In this document: piece after piece, positions 14,417 through 25,483 of the stretch
Numbering within the stretch: position 1 is the stretch's first letter
How the letters are laid out: every line of letters begins with the position of its first letter
Assembly (NCBI RefSeq): GCF_050920415.1
Contig: NZ_CP169309.1
DNA from: Escherichia coli
GTDB lineage: Bacteria > Pseudomonadota > Gammaproteobacteria > Enterobacterales > Enterobacteriaceae
Length of the DNA stretch: 64,000 bases
Reading direction: 5' to 3' (one strand)
Notes under the pieces: model-generated
Databases searched by the model: none
What the model was told of the DNA's origin: nothing
What the model saw: the letters and a program-made list of their open reading frames with translations, nothing else
Made by a program: the position numbers and the translations under genes

Positions 14417-17400
14417 TTAGAACGTTTTCTTGAAGTTCAGCATCACGCCTTTATCGCTGATACCATCCTCTTTCCAGTGGTAAGCATCCAGATTCAGCGA
14501 ACTTTCTTTGCTGCTGTACTTCACGCCGACGCTTGCCAGACTGTTGATGCCGCCGCCCTTTTGCCCATCATCGACATTAAAGTGCTGGCTGCCTGCGCCT
14601 GCCAGGCTTGCCGTGCGCTGGCTCTTGCTGTAGCTGAGGTTCGGCCCACCTTCCAGCGTGGCGTTCACACTCCAGCCGTCTTTCCCTGCGTAGTCCAGCT
14701 TCAGCCCGACGATGCTGTCCACCGCCGTTTCGCTGCCGCTGTTCATGCTCAGGTTAAAGTCTCCGGCATTGCGCTCCTGATAGTCGCCTTCCAGCGTGTG
14801 ACGCAGTTTCACACCCGCATATGGCGTGATTTTCAGCCCTTCGCGCGGTTCAAAGGTTTTCGCCCCTTCGCTGCGGAACTCCAGGTACTGTTGTTTCACA
14901 TTCGTGTCTGCCGTCTTACTGATGTCGCCGTAAGCCACCGAACGGCTGCTGTCCAGTTGGTGGATATCGTAACGCAGCGCGTTATTCCAGCTCATACCGT
15001 TGTCAAAGGACATCTGATGCTTCAGGCCAAAGAACTGGCTGTAGCCGCCTGTAACACCATTATCACCCGCTTTCTGCGCACCGTCGCCGTCCAGACGGGC
15101 GATACCGTACTCCAGGCTCATGGTCTGGTTTTCGCTCAGGTCGAGGGTTTTACGCAGCGCCAGCATGTCGTACTCGGTATTGTTACCCAGCTCAGCACGC
15201 GGATCGCCTTTCGCCACCACGTTAAATGCCAGAGCGTTGCCCATCTTCGGTGCTGCGTCCGCCAACATGCTGAAGCGGTTACTCAACACGCGCGCCTCAC
15301 GGAATACCGTGGTAGCCTGGCTCCCGCTGACTTGTTTTAGCGCGTTGTTCAGCTCTGCAGTGGTGCCGACGTTCAGACTGGTATACAGCTCGTTGTTGGT
15401 GTAACCCGCATCCAGCGCTTTTGCCACGTCATTCACTGAGGCATCCGTCGCCACATCGGTGTAGGCGTTTTTGCTCATGGTCACGTCAACGTTGCCGCTG
15501 GCGTCGGTACTGCCTGTCGCCTGCCAGACAACAGATGTCGAAGTGATCGCTTGCGCATCGGTCAGGTTGCTGCCTTGCACCACATCATCAAAGCTGACGG
15601 TTTTGTCCGCCGTTCCCGCCGCAAAAGCGGTGTTGATCTCCACGCCTTTCATACTGGCGTTATTGACCATCAGCTTACCGGCGCTACCGTCGGCGTTCGT
15701 CCCCACCACGTAACCATTGAGGTTGTTCATGCCATCGTTACGGCTAACGGAAGAAGAATGGCTGCCGTCGTATGGCGTAATGGTGGGTTCTTCCGGCGCG
15801 GTAAAGTCGACATAGTGTACTTCCGTACCGTCTCCCCCTTCGCCACTGCCCTCTATCGGCGTGCCAGATTGTTTAATCAATCCGGAACCATTCACGTTGT
15901 CGTCAATATAAACAGTGCCGTTGTTAACAATATGACCATTGCTCCCGAGCTTGCTGAAGGCGAAGGAGTTATTGGCGTAGATATTAATCGTACCGTTGTT
16001 TTCAACCACACCATCCGCTTTGGCGTCCGATGCTAATTGCATCCCAATCATGCCTGTTTGTGTCGTGCCTTCGCTGCCGACATTGATGGTGCCATTGTTA
16101 ACCATTTTTGCGCTGCCGTGCGCATTCATGGCGATGGTATTATTTTTATCAATATTGATAGTGCCATCGTTAATTGCCCGGCTACCGGCGTTATTATTTG
16201 ACGTCGTAACCTGGCCGTTAATCACACCTGTCGTACCGTTATACAATGTATGCCCATTACCGCCGGTAGCGATATCAGCATCCCCATTCACTGTACCCCA
16301 GTTGTTGAAATGCCCAGCCCAAAGTCCGTTATCAAGAAGATCGACAACACCACCGTCCAGGTTATTGAAGGTCGCGTTTTTATCAACCGAACCACTATGA
16401 ACCGTTCCTGCGTTATTGAATGTGGCTGCGGCAGAAAAATTCACTTTATTGACCGTTCCACCCGCTTCGTTATTCATCACGGCAGAAGCAGAGGCTCCCT
16501 TCCATGCTGTTACCGTCCCGGCGTTATAAAACGTACTGGCCCATTGTTCAACAGTGTTGATAGTGCCGGAGTTGTTGATAACAGAACCCGCAACGGTTGT
16601 ACCTACTTGCCCGGTCACTACACCTTCGTTAGTAAACACGCCGCCATCCACAGAAACGGTTTTTGTCGTGCCCTGGTTGGTGTATTCCCCACCCGTTGCA
16701 ATATCAACCTCGTTTATACTGCCCGTGGTTTCATTGACCAGATGACCAAAGTCAGCCACGGTGACAGCCCCTCCGGTTACGGTACCCGCGTTGGTTACCA
16801 GGGTTTCAGCGGTCGCTATCATATCAGTAGAACCACCGGATGAAGACAGGTTAAGCGTCTCCCCCTCGGCCGTAATGATATCGCCGTTTCTCCAGCTTAA
16901 TGAAACGAACCCATCAGTCGGGTTATAGGCGTTACTGTCCTGGCATATACCAAAAGTACAGATGGTTCCGTAATTAACGATAGTCCCGCTGCCATCGTTA
17001 TAGAATGCCTGCCCGTTTTCAGCATTGATATTGATGATGCCCGTCTGGTCATTAACTGCGGTACCGCCACTATAAACTGCCATACCAACGAGTTTATTCG
17101 CCCCCAGGCTGCCATCAAAGTTCTCATTCTTCTCGAGGTTGATGGTACCCTGATTAACCACCGTATTATCGGTACCGTATGCTGCCATCCCAGCACCTGC
17201 ATTATAGATAGTGATAGTACCTGACTGCTGGTTAAGCGCGGTAGCATTTTGCCTTGCGCCACCATAACTGTCCGTTCCTACCGCCATGCCGACACCATAA
17301 TTTTTTGCATTGCTGCTGCCGATATCGTTGCGTAAGGTGGTGGTATCGTTTTCATCTACCCAGATCGTATCCAGGGTAATCTGGCCTGCATTTGTTACAG

Positions 17401-19954
17401 TCGAATGATTAATCGCCAGCATACCGACATTACCCCGGCCATACATATCAATAACGCCATTCGCACCATTTAGCGCTGAACCATTATCCTGAGCAGTCAT
17501 GCCCGTCATACTAACAACGCCACTATTAAAAACCGTGGGATCGCTCAATGACAAAGCATTGAACATATTCAAAACGCTATACTGTTCCATCACTTTAGCC
17601 GTAATGGTACCGTTATTCACCGCCGTCCCACCTTCGGAGCTAAAGAAGGCTTTATTACCGGATTCCGGCGATACATCAATTGCGGATGAGTAATCATATT
17701 GCTCAAGTAAAACATTACCGTTATTCGTTGCAACGGAACCCGTACCCGATATATTGGTAAACCCCATATTCCAGAGCTCAACAAACCCGTTATTGATAAC
17801 TTGTGACCCTGAACTGACGCTAAGTATTTCTGATGGGTTATTGCCATAATGCGCGTAAACGTCAATATCCTTCATACTGAAGGTCGCATCCTCCGTGATT
17901 TCAAGAAAAGCATTATTGCTTACCTGAATAATATTTGCATAGCCCAGCGGAAATTGACCGCTGACTGAGGAGTCTCCTCCCAGATAAACCGACGAATGAC
18001 CATCAACCTTAATGAGCGGAATATCACCATAGCCCGTACGACTTGCGGCTGGGACTGAACCATCCGTCATAGCCGATGCTTCACCGAAAAGTTGAATACC
18101 ACCCCGTAAGGTAACGCTATTTTCATCCCCTGAAATCACCAACCCACTGATGTTTTCCTGGCTACCATTGACAGTACTATAGGTGTGATGCGCAAGTTCG
18201 CTATCAACCTTCAATGTTAACTGACCATCCAGCGTCAGGTCATTATTGTTACCCGAAACACGAATACCTACGGAAGAATCGAAAAAGTGTTCTGCTGCAT
18301 TATCAGTCGTCTGATCTTTATCCACCATAATATTACCGGTAATTTCAACTTCATTGCCATCACCGGCCACATTTACCCCTGTAGCAACACTGCCAGTCAC
18401 ATTAAGCTCATTCGTTGCCAGCGTCATGGTGTTATTATTTCCAGACACATCCAGACCGGTTGAATAATCCCCAACATCCATACGGCCAGCCAGAGAAATT
18501 TCGCCCCCATCTCCAACAACGCGAATCCCGGTACTGGCATTTCTGGCAGTGATATCCCCTACATTGATAAAGGTAGAATAATTACCCTCAATCAGAATCC
18601 CTGTCGCATTGGTCTCTGAACTGCCATTACTGACGGATATATCCCCCCTGTTAATGAACGTCGACGCATCACCACTGAGAGAAACACCCAGCGATTTTTC
18701 ATCCACCACCGTTATATTGCCTTTGTTGCTGACGACTGCGCCATTGCCCTCAACATCAATACCCCGTGCAGCATTGCTAACGTATAAATCCCCTTCCTGT
18801 TTAACCGTCGCATTATTACCAACGATTTTGCTACCCGATGAATTTTGCCCATCAACCGTCATATGGCCTTTATTATCGGTCCTGACATCATTACCGATAA
18901 TAAGGGCCCCTGTTCCACCATTATTGACGGTGGAGTCGCCAGTGTTATTTAAGATTGTACGATCGCCATTAACGATAACCGCCGTCCCAGCATCGACCAC
19001 CGTCTGACCGTTATTATTAATGGTTATATTATCGCCGGTCAGGATACCGACCACCGAATCTTCACCGACAGCCTCTGTTTTACCCTCGTTTGTCAGCGTA
19101 ATGTTGTCACCATTAATCATCATCACTGTACCGCCATTCAGGGCCGTGTTGCCGCCCTGGTCAGTGATAATTGCATCATTAACGGTAATTATTCTGCCCG
19201 TTGTTCCATCAGACACGACGCTGGCTAACTGTGTGACGTGGAGTTTACCTTCGTCATCATAGCGCCATTCCGTATCACCAGTGGTACTCACTCCACTAAA
19301 GATGGCGGTATGAGTCTCTTCATGGTTTTCCCACTCAGTCACAATGGTTTTTCGGCCATCTTTTGCCGTCAGCGTGTAGCTACCATCTTCATTTTGGGTA
19401 TAAGTGAACGTCGCCCCGCGAATCTTCAAGGTTTGCGCGTCCTTGTCCCATGTCACATTGTTATCAAAGACAACGGGTTCTGTTCTCGGGGGGTCAACAT
19501 CATCATCGCTATTGTCGGGTGGAGTAACATCACCGCCTTTATCTGGGGGGGTAACATCATCGGCGTTATCTGGCTTTACAGGTATATCTGAATCTTCATC
19601 ACTGGGAAGGGGTGGCGGTAGAGGGCCATTATCATCTGGCGGTATGGGCTGGGAAAAAGAAGAGTGAGCAGAATGATCATTGTCATGAGACAATTCAATC
19701 ACTGCGAGTGTTGTCAGTACCGCCGTGGCACCTAATGCCAGTAACGAGCTGAAACCATTATTTGTAACAACAGCACATTTTTCTGGCACTGTTTTCAACT
19801 TCGTTGACGGTCGGGCGTGCCCTTCTGACTGACATGTCATTTGAGAGCTTCTGCGCATACTGTCTGCACTCTCGCCTTCTGTTATTTCCGCCCCCCAGCT
19901 TTGGCCACTTAACGCTATAGCGATACACGCTGATAATAACGTTTTCTTTTGCAT
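14417..19954 (-). CDS. ydbA: autotransporter adhesin YdbA, apparently intact (1845 aa)
   Basis: Signal peptide (MQKKTLLSACIAIALSGQSWG), long repetitive G/T/N-rich passenger, C-terminal beta-barrel translocator ending in ...FKKTF; uninterrupted ORF, whereas K-12 ydbA is split by IS2/IS30. Confidence 0.85.
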   Translation of the reverse strand: MQKKTLLSACIAIALSGQSWGAEITEGESADSMRRSSQMTCQSEGHARPSTKLKTVPEKCAVVTNNGFSSLLALGATAVLTTLAVIELSHDNDHSAHSSFSQPIPPDDNGPLPPPLPSDEDSDIPVKPDNADDVTPPDKGGDVTPPDNSDDDVDPPRTEPVVFDNNVTWDKDAQTLKIRGATFTYTQNEDGSYTLTAKDGRKTIVTEWENHEETHTAIFSGVSTTGDTEWRYDDEGKLHVTQLASVVSDGTTGRIITVNDAIITDQGGNTALNGGTVMMINGDNITLTNEGKTEAVGEDSVVGILTGDNITINNNGQTVVDAGTAVIVNGDRTILNNTGDSTVNNGGTGALIIGNDVRTDNKGHMTVDGQNSSGSKIVGNNATVKQEGDLYVSNAARGIDVEGNGAVVSNKGNITVVDEKSLGVSLSGDASTFINRGDISVSNGSSETNATGILIEGNYSTFINVGDITARNASTGIRVVGDGGEISLAGRMDVGDYSTGLDVSGNNNTMTLATNELNVTGSVATGVNVAGDGNEVEITGNIMVDKDQTTDNAAEHFFDSSVGIRVSGNNNDLTLDGQLTLKVDSELAHHTYSTVNGSQENISGLVISGDENSVTLRGGIQLFGEASAMTDGSVPAASRTGYGDIPLIKVDGHSSVYLGGDSSVSGQFPLGYANIIQVSNNAFLEITEDATFSMKDIDVYAHYGNNPSEILSVSSGSQVINNGFVELWNMGFTNISGTGSVATNNGNVLLEQYDYSSAIDVSPESGNKAFFSSEGGTAVNNGTITAKVMEQYSVLNMFNALSLSDPTVFNSGVVSMTGMTAQDNGSALNGANGVIDMYGRGNVGMLAINHSTVTNAGQITLDTIWVDENDTTTLRNDIGSSNAKNYGVGMAVGTDSYGGARQNATALNQQSGTITIYNAGAGMAAYGTDNTVVNQGTINLEKNENFDGSLGANKLVGMAVYSGGTAVNDQTGIININAENGQAFYNDGSGTIVNYGTICTFGICQDSNAYNPTDGFVSLSWRNGDIITAEGETLNLSSSGGSTDMIATAETLVTNAGTVTGGAVTVADFGHLVNETTGSINEVDIATGGEYTNQGTTKTVSVDGGVFTNEGVVTGQVGTTVAGSVINNSGTINTVEQWASTFYNAGTVTAWKGASASAVMNNEAGGTVNKVNFSAAATFNNAGTVHSGSVDKNATFNNLDGGVVDLLDNGLWAGHFNNWGTVNGDADIATGGNGHTLYNGTTGVINGQVTTSNNNAGSRAINDGTINIDKNNTIAMNAHGSAKMVNNGTINVGSEGTTQTGMIGMQLASDAKADGVVENNGTINIYANNSFAFSKLGSNGHIVNNGTVYIDDNVNGSGLIKQSGTPIEGSGEGGDGTEVHYVDFTAPEEPTITPYDGSHSSSVSRNDGMNNLNGYVVGTNADGSAGKLMVNNASMKGVEINTAFAAGTADKTVSFDDVVQGSNLTDAQAITSTSVVWQATGSTDASGNVDVTMSKNAYTDVATDASVNDVAKALDAGYTNNELYTSLNVGTTAELNNALKQVSGSQATTVFREARVLSNRFSMLADAAPKMGNALAFNVVAKGDPRAELGNNTEYDMLALRKTLDLSENQTMSLEYGIARLDGDGAQKAGDNGVTGGYSQFFGLKHQMSFDNGMSWNNALRYDIHQLDSSRSVAYGDISKTADTNVKQQYLEFRSEGAKTFEPREGLKITPYAGVKLRHTLEGDYQERNAGDFNLSMNSGSETAVDSIVGLKLDYAGKDGWSVNATLEGGPNLSYSKSQRTASLAGAGSQHFNVDDGQKGGGINSLASVGVKYSSKESSLNLDAYHWKEDGISDKGVMLNFKKTF

Positions 19955-20600
19955 GAGAAATCCTTTTCAATGAATGACATTTCAAATAATAAAATATGAG
20001 TAACAGATAAGAAATAGCCACAGGCTGTGTCATGATTTAATGTCTGCTCTTGAAATTTTATTTAGCAATCCCAGAATATTCAACTTAATTAGTATTTCGA
20101 AACCTCAATGTAGACACATAAAAAACAAATTATTCGATTACTTAGGCTATTTGTTGCATTAATACACATCCTCTAACAATAATCAGACAAAAAGCAATGT
20201 CAGCGTCAAATTGGGTAGCTGATTCATATTACTGATCACTCCGTAAATTCATTCATCGTGAAAATATTAACATTTCAACCATGTTCCATTTAATCAACCC
20301 ACTGAAAATCTGGAGGTTATCTACTGCGGTTTGTTGTTGACTGCCCCTGACAGGTTTACCTGGCGTTGACAGAAGATGAGGCTTGCAAAATGCTAAAAAC
20401 AATGTGGTGTTACAAGCAATCCCATAAACCTCGTAACTTCACTTAAATGAGCGATGCCGTCCATATTTGGGTTGACTATAAAAACCCTTAATATTGAGGT
20501 TGATGATGATATTCATGATGGCGTTGGAAAAATAGGACACCCATAAAATATCTATACAGCCTTTAAATTAAATCATTGAAATATCGCTGTTGCATAGTGC

Positions 20601-20927
20601 TTATTTTTGCAACCATTTCCCGTTAATTCCCTGCACATATTCCCCCCGTTTGGCCCGAGCTACAAGCCTTTGTCCGGCAAGCTTCGCGATATCATCTACC
20701 GATACATTATTTTGCTTTGCCAGTTGTTGATAACTCACTTTACGTGCGTCATTAATCTCGGTTACTAATTTCTCTGTTTCAGCATCCGTTTTCAACGCAA
20801 CCAAATAACCGTTAAATGTTTCACCTACCCGCCCCTGGATTCTGGCCTCGTCCAGTGTTAATGCCACTACATTGCTGCTTACCAGTCCAACAAGAAACGC
20901 ACAAAGAAGTAATGTTTTCTTCATCAT
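20601..20927 (-). CDS. ydbL: periplasmic protein YdbL (DUF1318)
   Basis: 108 aa from MMKKTLLLCAF signal peptide; track ORF extends further upstream but overlaps ynbE. Confidence 0.85.
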   Translation of the reverse strand: MMKKTLLLCAFLVGLVSSNVVALTLDEARIQGRVGETFNGYLVALKTDAETEKLVTEINDARKVSYQQLAKQNNVSVDDIAKLAGQRLVARAKRGEYVQGINGKWLQK

Positions 20928-20931
20928 CGCC

Positions 20932-21117
20932 TCAGAAAAGATCGCTACGGGTTTTGAGTAAATCTTCGACATCTTTGTCTGCCTTAATGATGATCTCATG
21001 CTCAATTTTAACGTTCATATTGATAGTGATCGGTTCCTTAGGTGCAGCGACTTCAATGCGAGGCGTACAGCCAACCAGCATAAAAGATGACGTCAACGCA
21101 GCCAGTAAAATTTTCAT
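20932..21117 (-). CDS. ynbE: lipoprotein YnbE
   Basis: 61 aa ORF with lipobox (MLVGC); between ydbH and ydbL as in E. coli. Confidence 0.85.
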   Translation of the reverse strand: MKILLAALTSSFMLVGCTPRIEVAAPKEPITINMNVKIEHEIIIKADKDVEDLLKTRSDLF

Positions 21118-23753
21118 TGTTTTTCCTCACACCTTTTTCCTTGCGGACAGCCATTTTCCGGCAGACGCGCGTTCTGCTCCAACCATGCCTGGAGATTATC
21201 GCCAAAGCGTAAACTGCGCCACAGCGTAAAAATATTCTCTTCATGATGGTAATTAAGATTTACCGTACCACTTTTACCGTCGACGCGACTGGTACCTGTA
21301 ATATTGGCCTGCATGGTTAACACACCGAGATTATCTAAATTAATTTTTGTCGATGAACGGCTAATTTCCATATAGCGCAACCAGTTAATCGCAGAACCCG
21401 CGGTCATATTGTCTTTCACCACCGCATCTGCGGTGTCTTTATCCAGCCGCAAGGTCATTGGTCCGCTATTTGCCAGCCAGCCGTCTTTAACTATCCATTT
21501 TTCATTGTTCAGCCATAAAGGCAATGCCCCACTAAATGCCCCGGACATGGCGAATTGTTTCGGATTGACGGCGCTAACCAGTTCGCTGGATGAGAGATTA
21601 TTCAGCCGCAACAGCGCCGGGTCATGTTGCGGCATGCGTAATTGTTTCATCAGCACGTTACCGCCTAACACATCGACGCTAACATCGGTCAACAACAATG
21701 GTTCGTCTTCACTCCACGGATAACGCCCTTGCAAGTCAGCCGTAATATTTTTCGCTGTCACCAGATTAATCACTTCGGCAATTCGCAACGTAACGGGGCC
21801 GCGAGTCCCCAGATGCCAGGCTCCATCGGAAAAGCGAAATGGCAAAACAAAATCGACACCGTTAACCTGATTATCTGGCATCCAGGCACTACCGCCTTTC
21901 AACACACCGTGCCCTCCCGCGCGGAATCCTTGTTCAGGCGCAGCAGAAAATGCGACCTGGGCATATAGTTCGCCATCGCGTAAGTTCATCTTCCAGTCGG
22001 GTGGCACCAGCGGCTGGAATACGGTCAGTGATTGTTTAGGCCACCAGGCGTTACCGCGCAGACGAATACCGTCCCAGCGACCATTTACCCGAACCGGGCC
22101 AATCTCACCAGCATGTAAATCGCCTTTAAAGAGGAAATACGTCGGATCGCGTCCATCGACACTAAATTTTAAGGTTGATGGCGGTAACACACTGCCACCA
22201 GTGAACAGTGTTTGCCCGGCGTCCAGTGACAGCGCGCCGCTGAACGAAGGATTCTGCACATCACGTACCCAGACAACGGGCTTGTCGAGAATCAATCGCG
22301 GCTTTTCTACCGTCATTGTCCCGTATTGCAATTTGTCAAAGCCGGTGGAGAGATCGGTCAGCGTAATCGTGCTGTCACGCCACTCACCTTTTCCTGCGAC
22401 ATCCCAACTGGCGTGCATTGGGGTAAAACTGCCCTTGCCCCAGTAGCGCCACTGCCAGCGGCCAGCGTCAGGGAGAAAATCATTCGCCAGTCCATCCATA
22501 TGCAGCACGAAATCGCCCAGTTCATTTTCATGCGCCTGCAAAATGGCCTGCAAACGTCCGTCAACACCACGTTGGGTGACTTTTACACCCGCTAAAGGCC
22601 AGCGGATTTCATCGATGTCCAGCGAATCGATGACTCTTCCCTTCGAACGTAATAACGCGCCTGGCTCAAAGGCCAGCATTGGGTCAGTCAGACTTCCGCT
22701 TAGCTGCGCAGGTAAACGGGCATATAAAATGAGGTCCGCCTGTTTCGCTTCACCGGTCAGTTGCAAAGGCAGCTGGCTGTTATCCATACTTAATTTTCCT
22801 GGGCCAAAATTAAGCACCGCGTTGCCCTTACCCGCTTGCCCCTGGGTCAGCACACTCAGTCGTCCGCTGACCAGAGCATTCTCAAGCCCTGCCTGCCAGT
22901 TGTCGACTTTGACACCCAGTCGTCCACTCAAAGGAAAACCTGCATACGGCCAGCTCCAGCGACCATCGCTTACGGTCAATTGTTGGCGAGTAATTTGCCA
23001 CGGCAGATCGAGCAACGGATCGCCGTTATCCCGTGCCAGCACAATCAATTGCCCGCTATTTTCCTGCCAGTCCAGCTCGGCATCCACCAGTGAAGGCTCC
23101 TGCGGCAAGTTTAACGTCGCAGTAGCATGACCACTTACAGGAAGTCCATCCGGCACTAGCGGCATAGTAAATTCCCCCACCAGTTTAACTGGCGGCTGAT
23201 TTTCAAACGCGACGACATCCAGTTCGCTGACTGTAAGTTGTTGCCCTTTCAGCTGGCCTTGAAATTTAACTTTTTCGCCCTGATAACGCAGTTGCTGGAT
23301 ATCGGAGTTTAATGCGAGAGAGAGTTTTCCCTGCCATTCCTGCCAGGGAGAAAAAATCAGTTTATCGATATTGATCCAGGTGTTAGGCAACATGGCCTGC
23401 CACTGCGCGAGGGTTTTTGGAGCGGCTGGCGATTGCTCCGTCTGCGGCAATTTCGCCAGACAAGCAGAATCAAGTTCTACCGTGCCGACGTTCAATAACC
23501 AGCGGCTGGGATGAGAAAGGCTGGCGTTTGTGATATGTGCAAGCTGACAATCGCCCACCAGATAACGGAGATCGGGAATGATTAAACCTTTACGCGTAAT
23601 GCGTGGGCTTTCATCTAAAGCAATACGTGTCCCGAGCGGTAGCCAGATGCCCGCCAGCGTGGGAACCCACAAGCCGAGCGTCATCAGCAGCGTCAACGGC
23701 ACAAGAATAATCAGTAATAACAGCGCGAGAACGGCTTTATATTTACCCAGCAT
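21114..23753 (-). CDS. ydbH: AsmA-family membrane protein YdbH
   Basis: 879 aa ORF with N-terminal transmembrane anchor; length equals K-12 YdbH; stop overlaps ynbE start. Confidence 0.9.
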   Translation of the reverse strand: MLGKYKAVLALLLLIILVPLTLLMTLGLWVPTLAGIWLPLGTRIALDESPRITRKGLIIPDLRYLVGDCQLAHITNASLSHPSRWLLNVGTVELDSACLAKLPQTEQSPAAPKTLAQWQAMLPNTWINIDKLIFSPWQEWQGKLSLALNSDIQQLRYQGEKVKFQGQLKGQQLTVSELDVVAFENQPPVKLVGEFTMPLVPDGLPVSGHATATLNLPQEPSLVDAELDWQENSGQLIVLARDNGDPLLDLPWQITRQQLTVSDGRWSWPYAGFPLSGRLGVKVDNWQAGLENALVSGRLSVLTQGQAGKGNAVLNFGPGKLSMDNSQLPLQLTGEAKQADLILYARLPAQLSGSLTDPMLAFEPGALLRSKGRVIDSLDIDEIRWPLAGVKVTQRGVDGRLQAILQAHENELGDFVLHMDGLANDFLPDAGRWQWRYWGKGSFTPMHASWDVAGKGEWRDSTITLTDLSTGFDKLQYGTMTVEKPRLILDKPVVWVRDVQNPSFSGALSLDAGQTLFTGGSVLPPSTLKFSVDGRDPTYFLFKGDLHAGEIGPVRVNGRWDGIRLRGNAWWPKQSLTVFQPLVPPDWKMNLRDGELYAQVAFSAAPEQGFRAGGHGVLKGGSAWMPDNQVNGVDFVLPFRFSDGAWHLGTRGPVTLRIAEVINLVTAKNITADLQGRYPWSEDEPLLLTDVSVDVLGGNVLMKQLRMPQHDPALLRLNNLSSSELVSAVNPKQFAMSGAFSGALPLWLNNEKWIVKDGWLANSGPMTLRLDKDTADAVVKDNMTAGSAINWLRYMEISRSSTKINLDNLGVLTMQANITGTSRVDGKSGTVNLNYHHEENIFTLWRSLRFGDNLQAWLEQNARLPENGCPQGKRCEEKQ

Positions 23754-23960
23754 GGGTAGTTAATATCCTGATTTAGCGAAAAATTAAGCATTCAATACGG
23801 GTATTGTGGCATGTTTAACCGTTCAGTTGAAGGTTGCGCCTACACTAAGCATAGTTGTTGATGAATTTTTCAATATCGCCATAGCTTTCAATTATATTTT
23901 ATATTTTGTAAAATATTTTTAGTAGCTTAAATGTGATTCAACATCACTGGAGAAAGTCTT

Positions 23961-24950
23961 ATGAAACTCGCCGTATATAGCACAAAACAGTACGACAAGA
24001 AGTACCTGCAACAGGTGAACGAGTCCTTTGGCTTTGAGCTGGAATTTTTTGACTTTCTGCTGACGGAAAAAACCGCTAAAACCGCCAATGGCTGCGAAGC
24101 GGTATGTATTTTCGTAAACGATGACGGCAGCCGCCCAGTGCTGGAAGAGCTGAAAAAACACGGTGTTAAATATATCGCCCTGCGCTGTGCAGGCTTCAAT
24201 AACGTCGACCTTGACGCAGCAAAAGAACTGGGGCTGAAAGTAGTCCGTGTTCCAGCCTATGATCCAGAAGCCGTTGCTGAACACGCCATCGGTATGATGA
24301 TGACGCTGAACCGCCGTATCCACCGCGCGTATCAGCGTACGCGTGACGCCAACTTCTCTCTGGAAGGTCTGACCGGCTTTACCATGTATGGCAAAACGGC
24401 AGGCGTTATCGGTACTGGTAAAATCGGTGTGGCGATGCTGCGCATTCTCAAAGGTTTTGGTATGCGTCTGCTGGCGTTCGATCCGTACCCAAGTGCGGCG
24501 GCGCTGGAGCTCGGCGTGGAGTATGTCGATCTGCCAACCCTGTTCTCTGAATCAGACGTTATCTCTCTGCACTGCCCGCTGACACCGGAAAACTACCATC
24601 TGTTGAACGAAGCCGCCTTCGATCAGATGAAAAATGGCGTGATGATCGTCAATACCAGTCGCGGTGCATTGATTGATTCTCAGGCGGCAATTGAAGCGCT
24701 GAAAAATCAGAAAATTGGTTCGTTGGGTATGGACGTGTATGAAAACGAACGCGATCTGTTCTTTGAAGATAAATCCAACGACGTAATTCAGGATGACGTA
24801 TTCCGTCGCCTGTCTGCCTGCCACAACGTGCTGTTTACCGGGCATCAGGCATTCCTGACAGCAGAAGCGCTGACCAGTATTTCCCAAACTACCCTGCAAA
24901 ACTTAAGCAATCTGGAAAAAGGCGAAACCTGCCCGAACGAACTGGTTTAA
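23961..24950 (+). CDS. ldhA: fermentative D-lactate dehydrogenase
   Basis: 329 aa ORF; NAD-binding GxGxxG (GVIGTGKIG) and D-2-hydroxyacid dehydrogenase motifs; sequence recognised as LdhA. Confidence 0.95.
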   Translation: MKLAVYSTKQYDKKYLQQVNESFGFELEFFDFLLTEKTAKTANGCEAVCIFVNDDGSRPVLEELKKHGVKYIALRCAGFNNVDLDAAKELGLKVVRVPAYDPEAVAEHAIGMMMTLNRRIHRAYQRTRDANFSLEGLTGFTMYGKTAGVIGTGKIGVAMLRILKGFGMRLLAFDPYPSAAALELGVEYVDLPTLFSESDVISLHCPLTPENYHLLNEAAFDQMKNGVMIVNTSRGALIDSQAAIEALKNQKIGSLGMDVYENERDLFFEDKSNDVIQDDVFRRLSACHNVLFTGHQAFLTAEALTSISQTTLQNLSNLEKGETCPNELV

Positions 24951-24957
24951 TTTTGCC

Positions 24958-24985
24958 GCTCCCCTGTACGCCAGGGGAGCTTATT
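24958..24985 (+). terminator. intrinsic terminator after ldhA
   Basis: GCTCCCCTG...CAGGGGAGC hairpin followed by TTATTC. Confidence 0.55.
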
Positions 24986-25060
24986 CAGATAATCCCCAAA
25001 GATATTTCATCCTCTATTCTTAAAATATTCCTCAGTCAGAAACCGTAATTGAGAACCACA

Positions 25061-25483
25061 ATGAAGAAAGTAGCCGCGCTTGTTGCGCTAAGCCTGCTGA
25101 TGGCGGGATGTGTAAGTAATGACAAAATTGCTGTAACCCCAGAACAGCTACAGCATCATCGCTTTGTGCTGGAAAGCGTAAACGGTAAGCCCGTGACCAG
25201 CGATAAAAACCCGCCAGAAATCAGCTTTGGTGAAAAGATGATGATTTCCGGCAGCATGTGTAACCGCTTTAGCGGTGAAGGCAAACTGTCTAATGGTGAA
25301 CTGACAGCCAAAGGGCTGGCAATGACCCGTATGATGTGCGCTAACCCGCAGCTTAATGAACTCGATAACACCATTAGCGAAATGCTGAAAGAAGGTGCAC
25401 AAGTGGATCTGACCGCGAACCAGTTAACGCTGGCGACCGCGAAACAGACATTAACTTATAAGCTGGCGGATTTAATGAATTAA
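25061..25483 (+). CDS. hslJ: heat-shock lipoprotein HslJ
   Basis: 140 aa from ATG at 25061 (track ORF begins at an upstream TTG); lipobox LMAGC; META domain-like. Confidence 0.9.
   Translation: MKKVAALVALSLLMAGCVSNDKIAVTPEQLQHHRFVLESVNGKPVTSDKNPPEISFGEKMMISGSMCNRFSGEGKLSNGELTAKGLAMTRMMCANPQLNELDNTISEMLKEGAQVDLTANQLTLATAKQTLTYKLADLMN

Noticed and set aside
14477-19667. Numerous plus-strand ORFs (for example 14477..15340 287 aa, 15551..16036, 16250..16843, 18609..19007) inside ydbA
   Set aside because: They are antisense to a continuous 1845-codon autotransporter ORF and arise from its repetitive, GC-biased passenger region; low-complexity Ser/Thr/Pro/Val-rich translations with no RBS context
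20601-21005. Extended 134 aa version of ydbL from the ORF track
   Set aside because: The upstream extension overlaps ynbE and lacks a signal-peptide-compatible N-terminus; the MMKKTLLLCAF start at 20927 gives the expected 108 aa periplasmic protein
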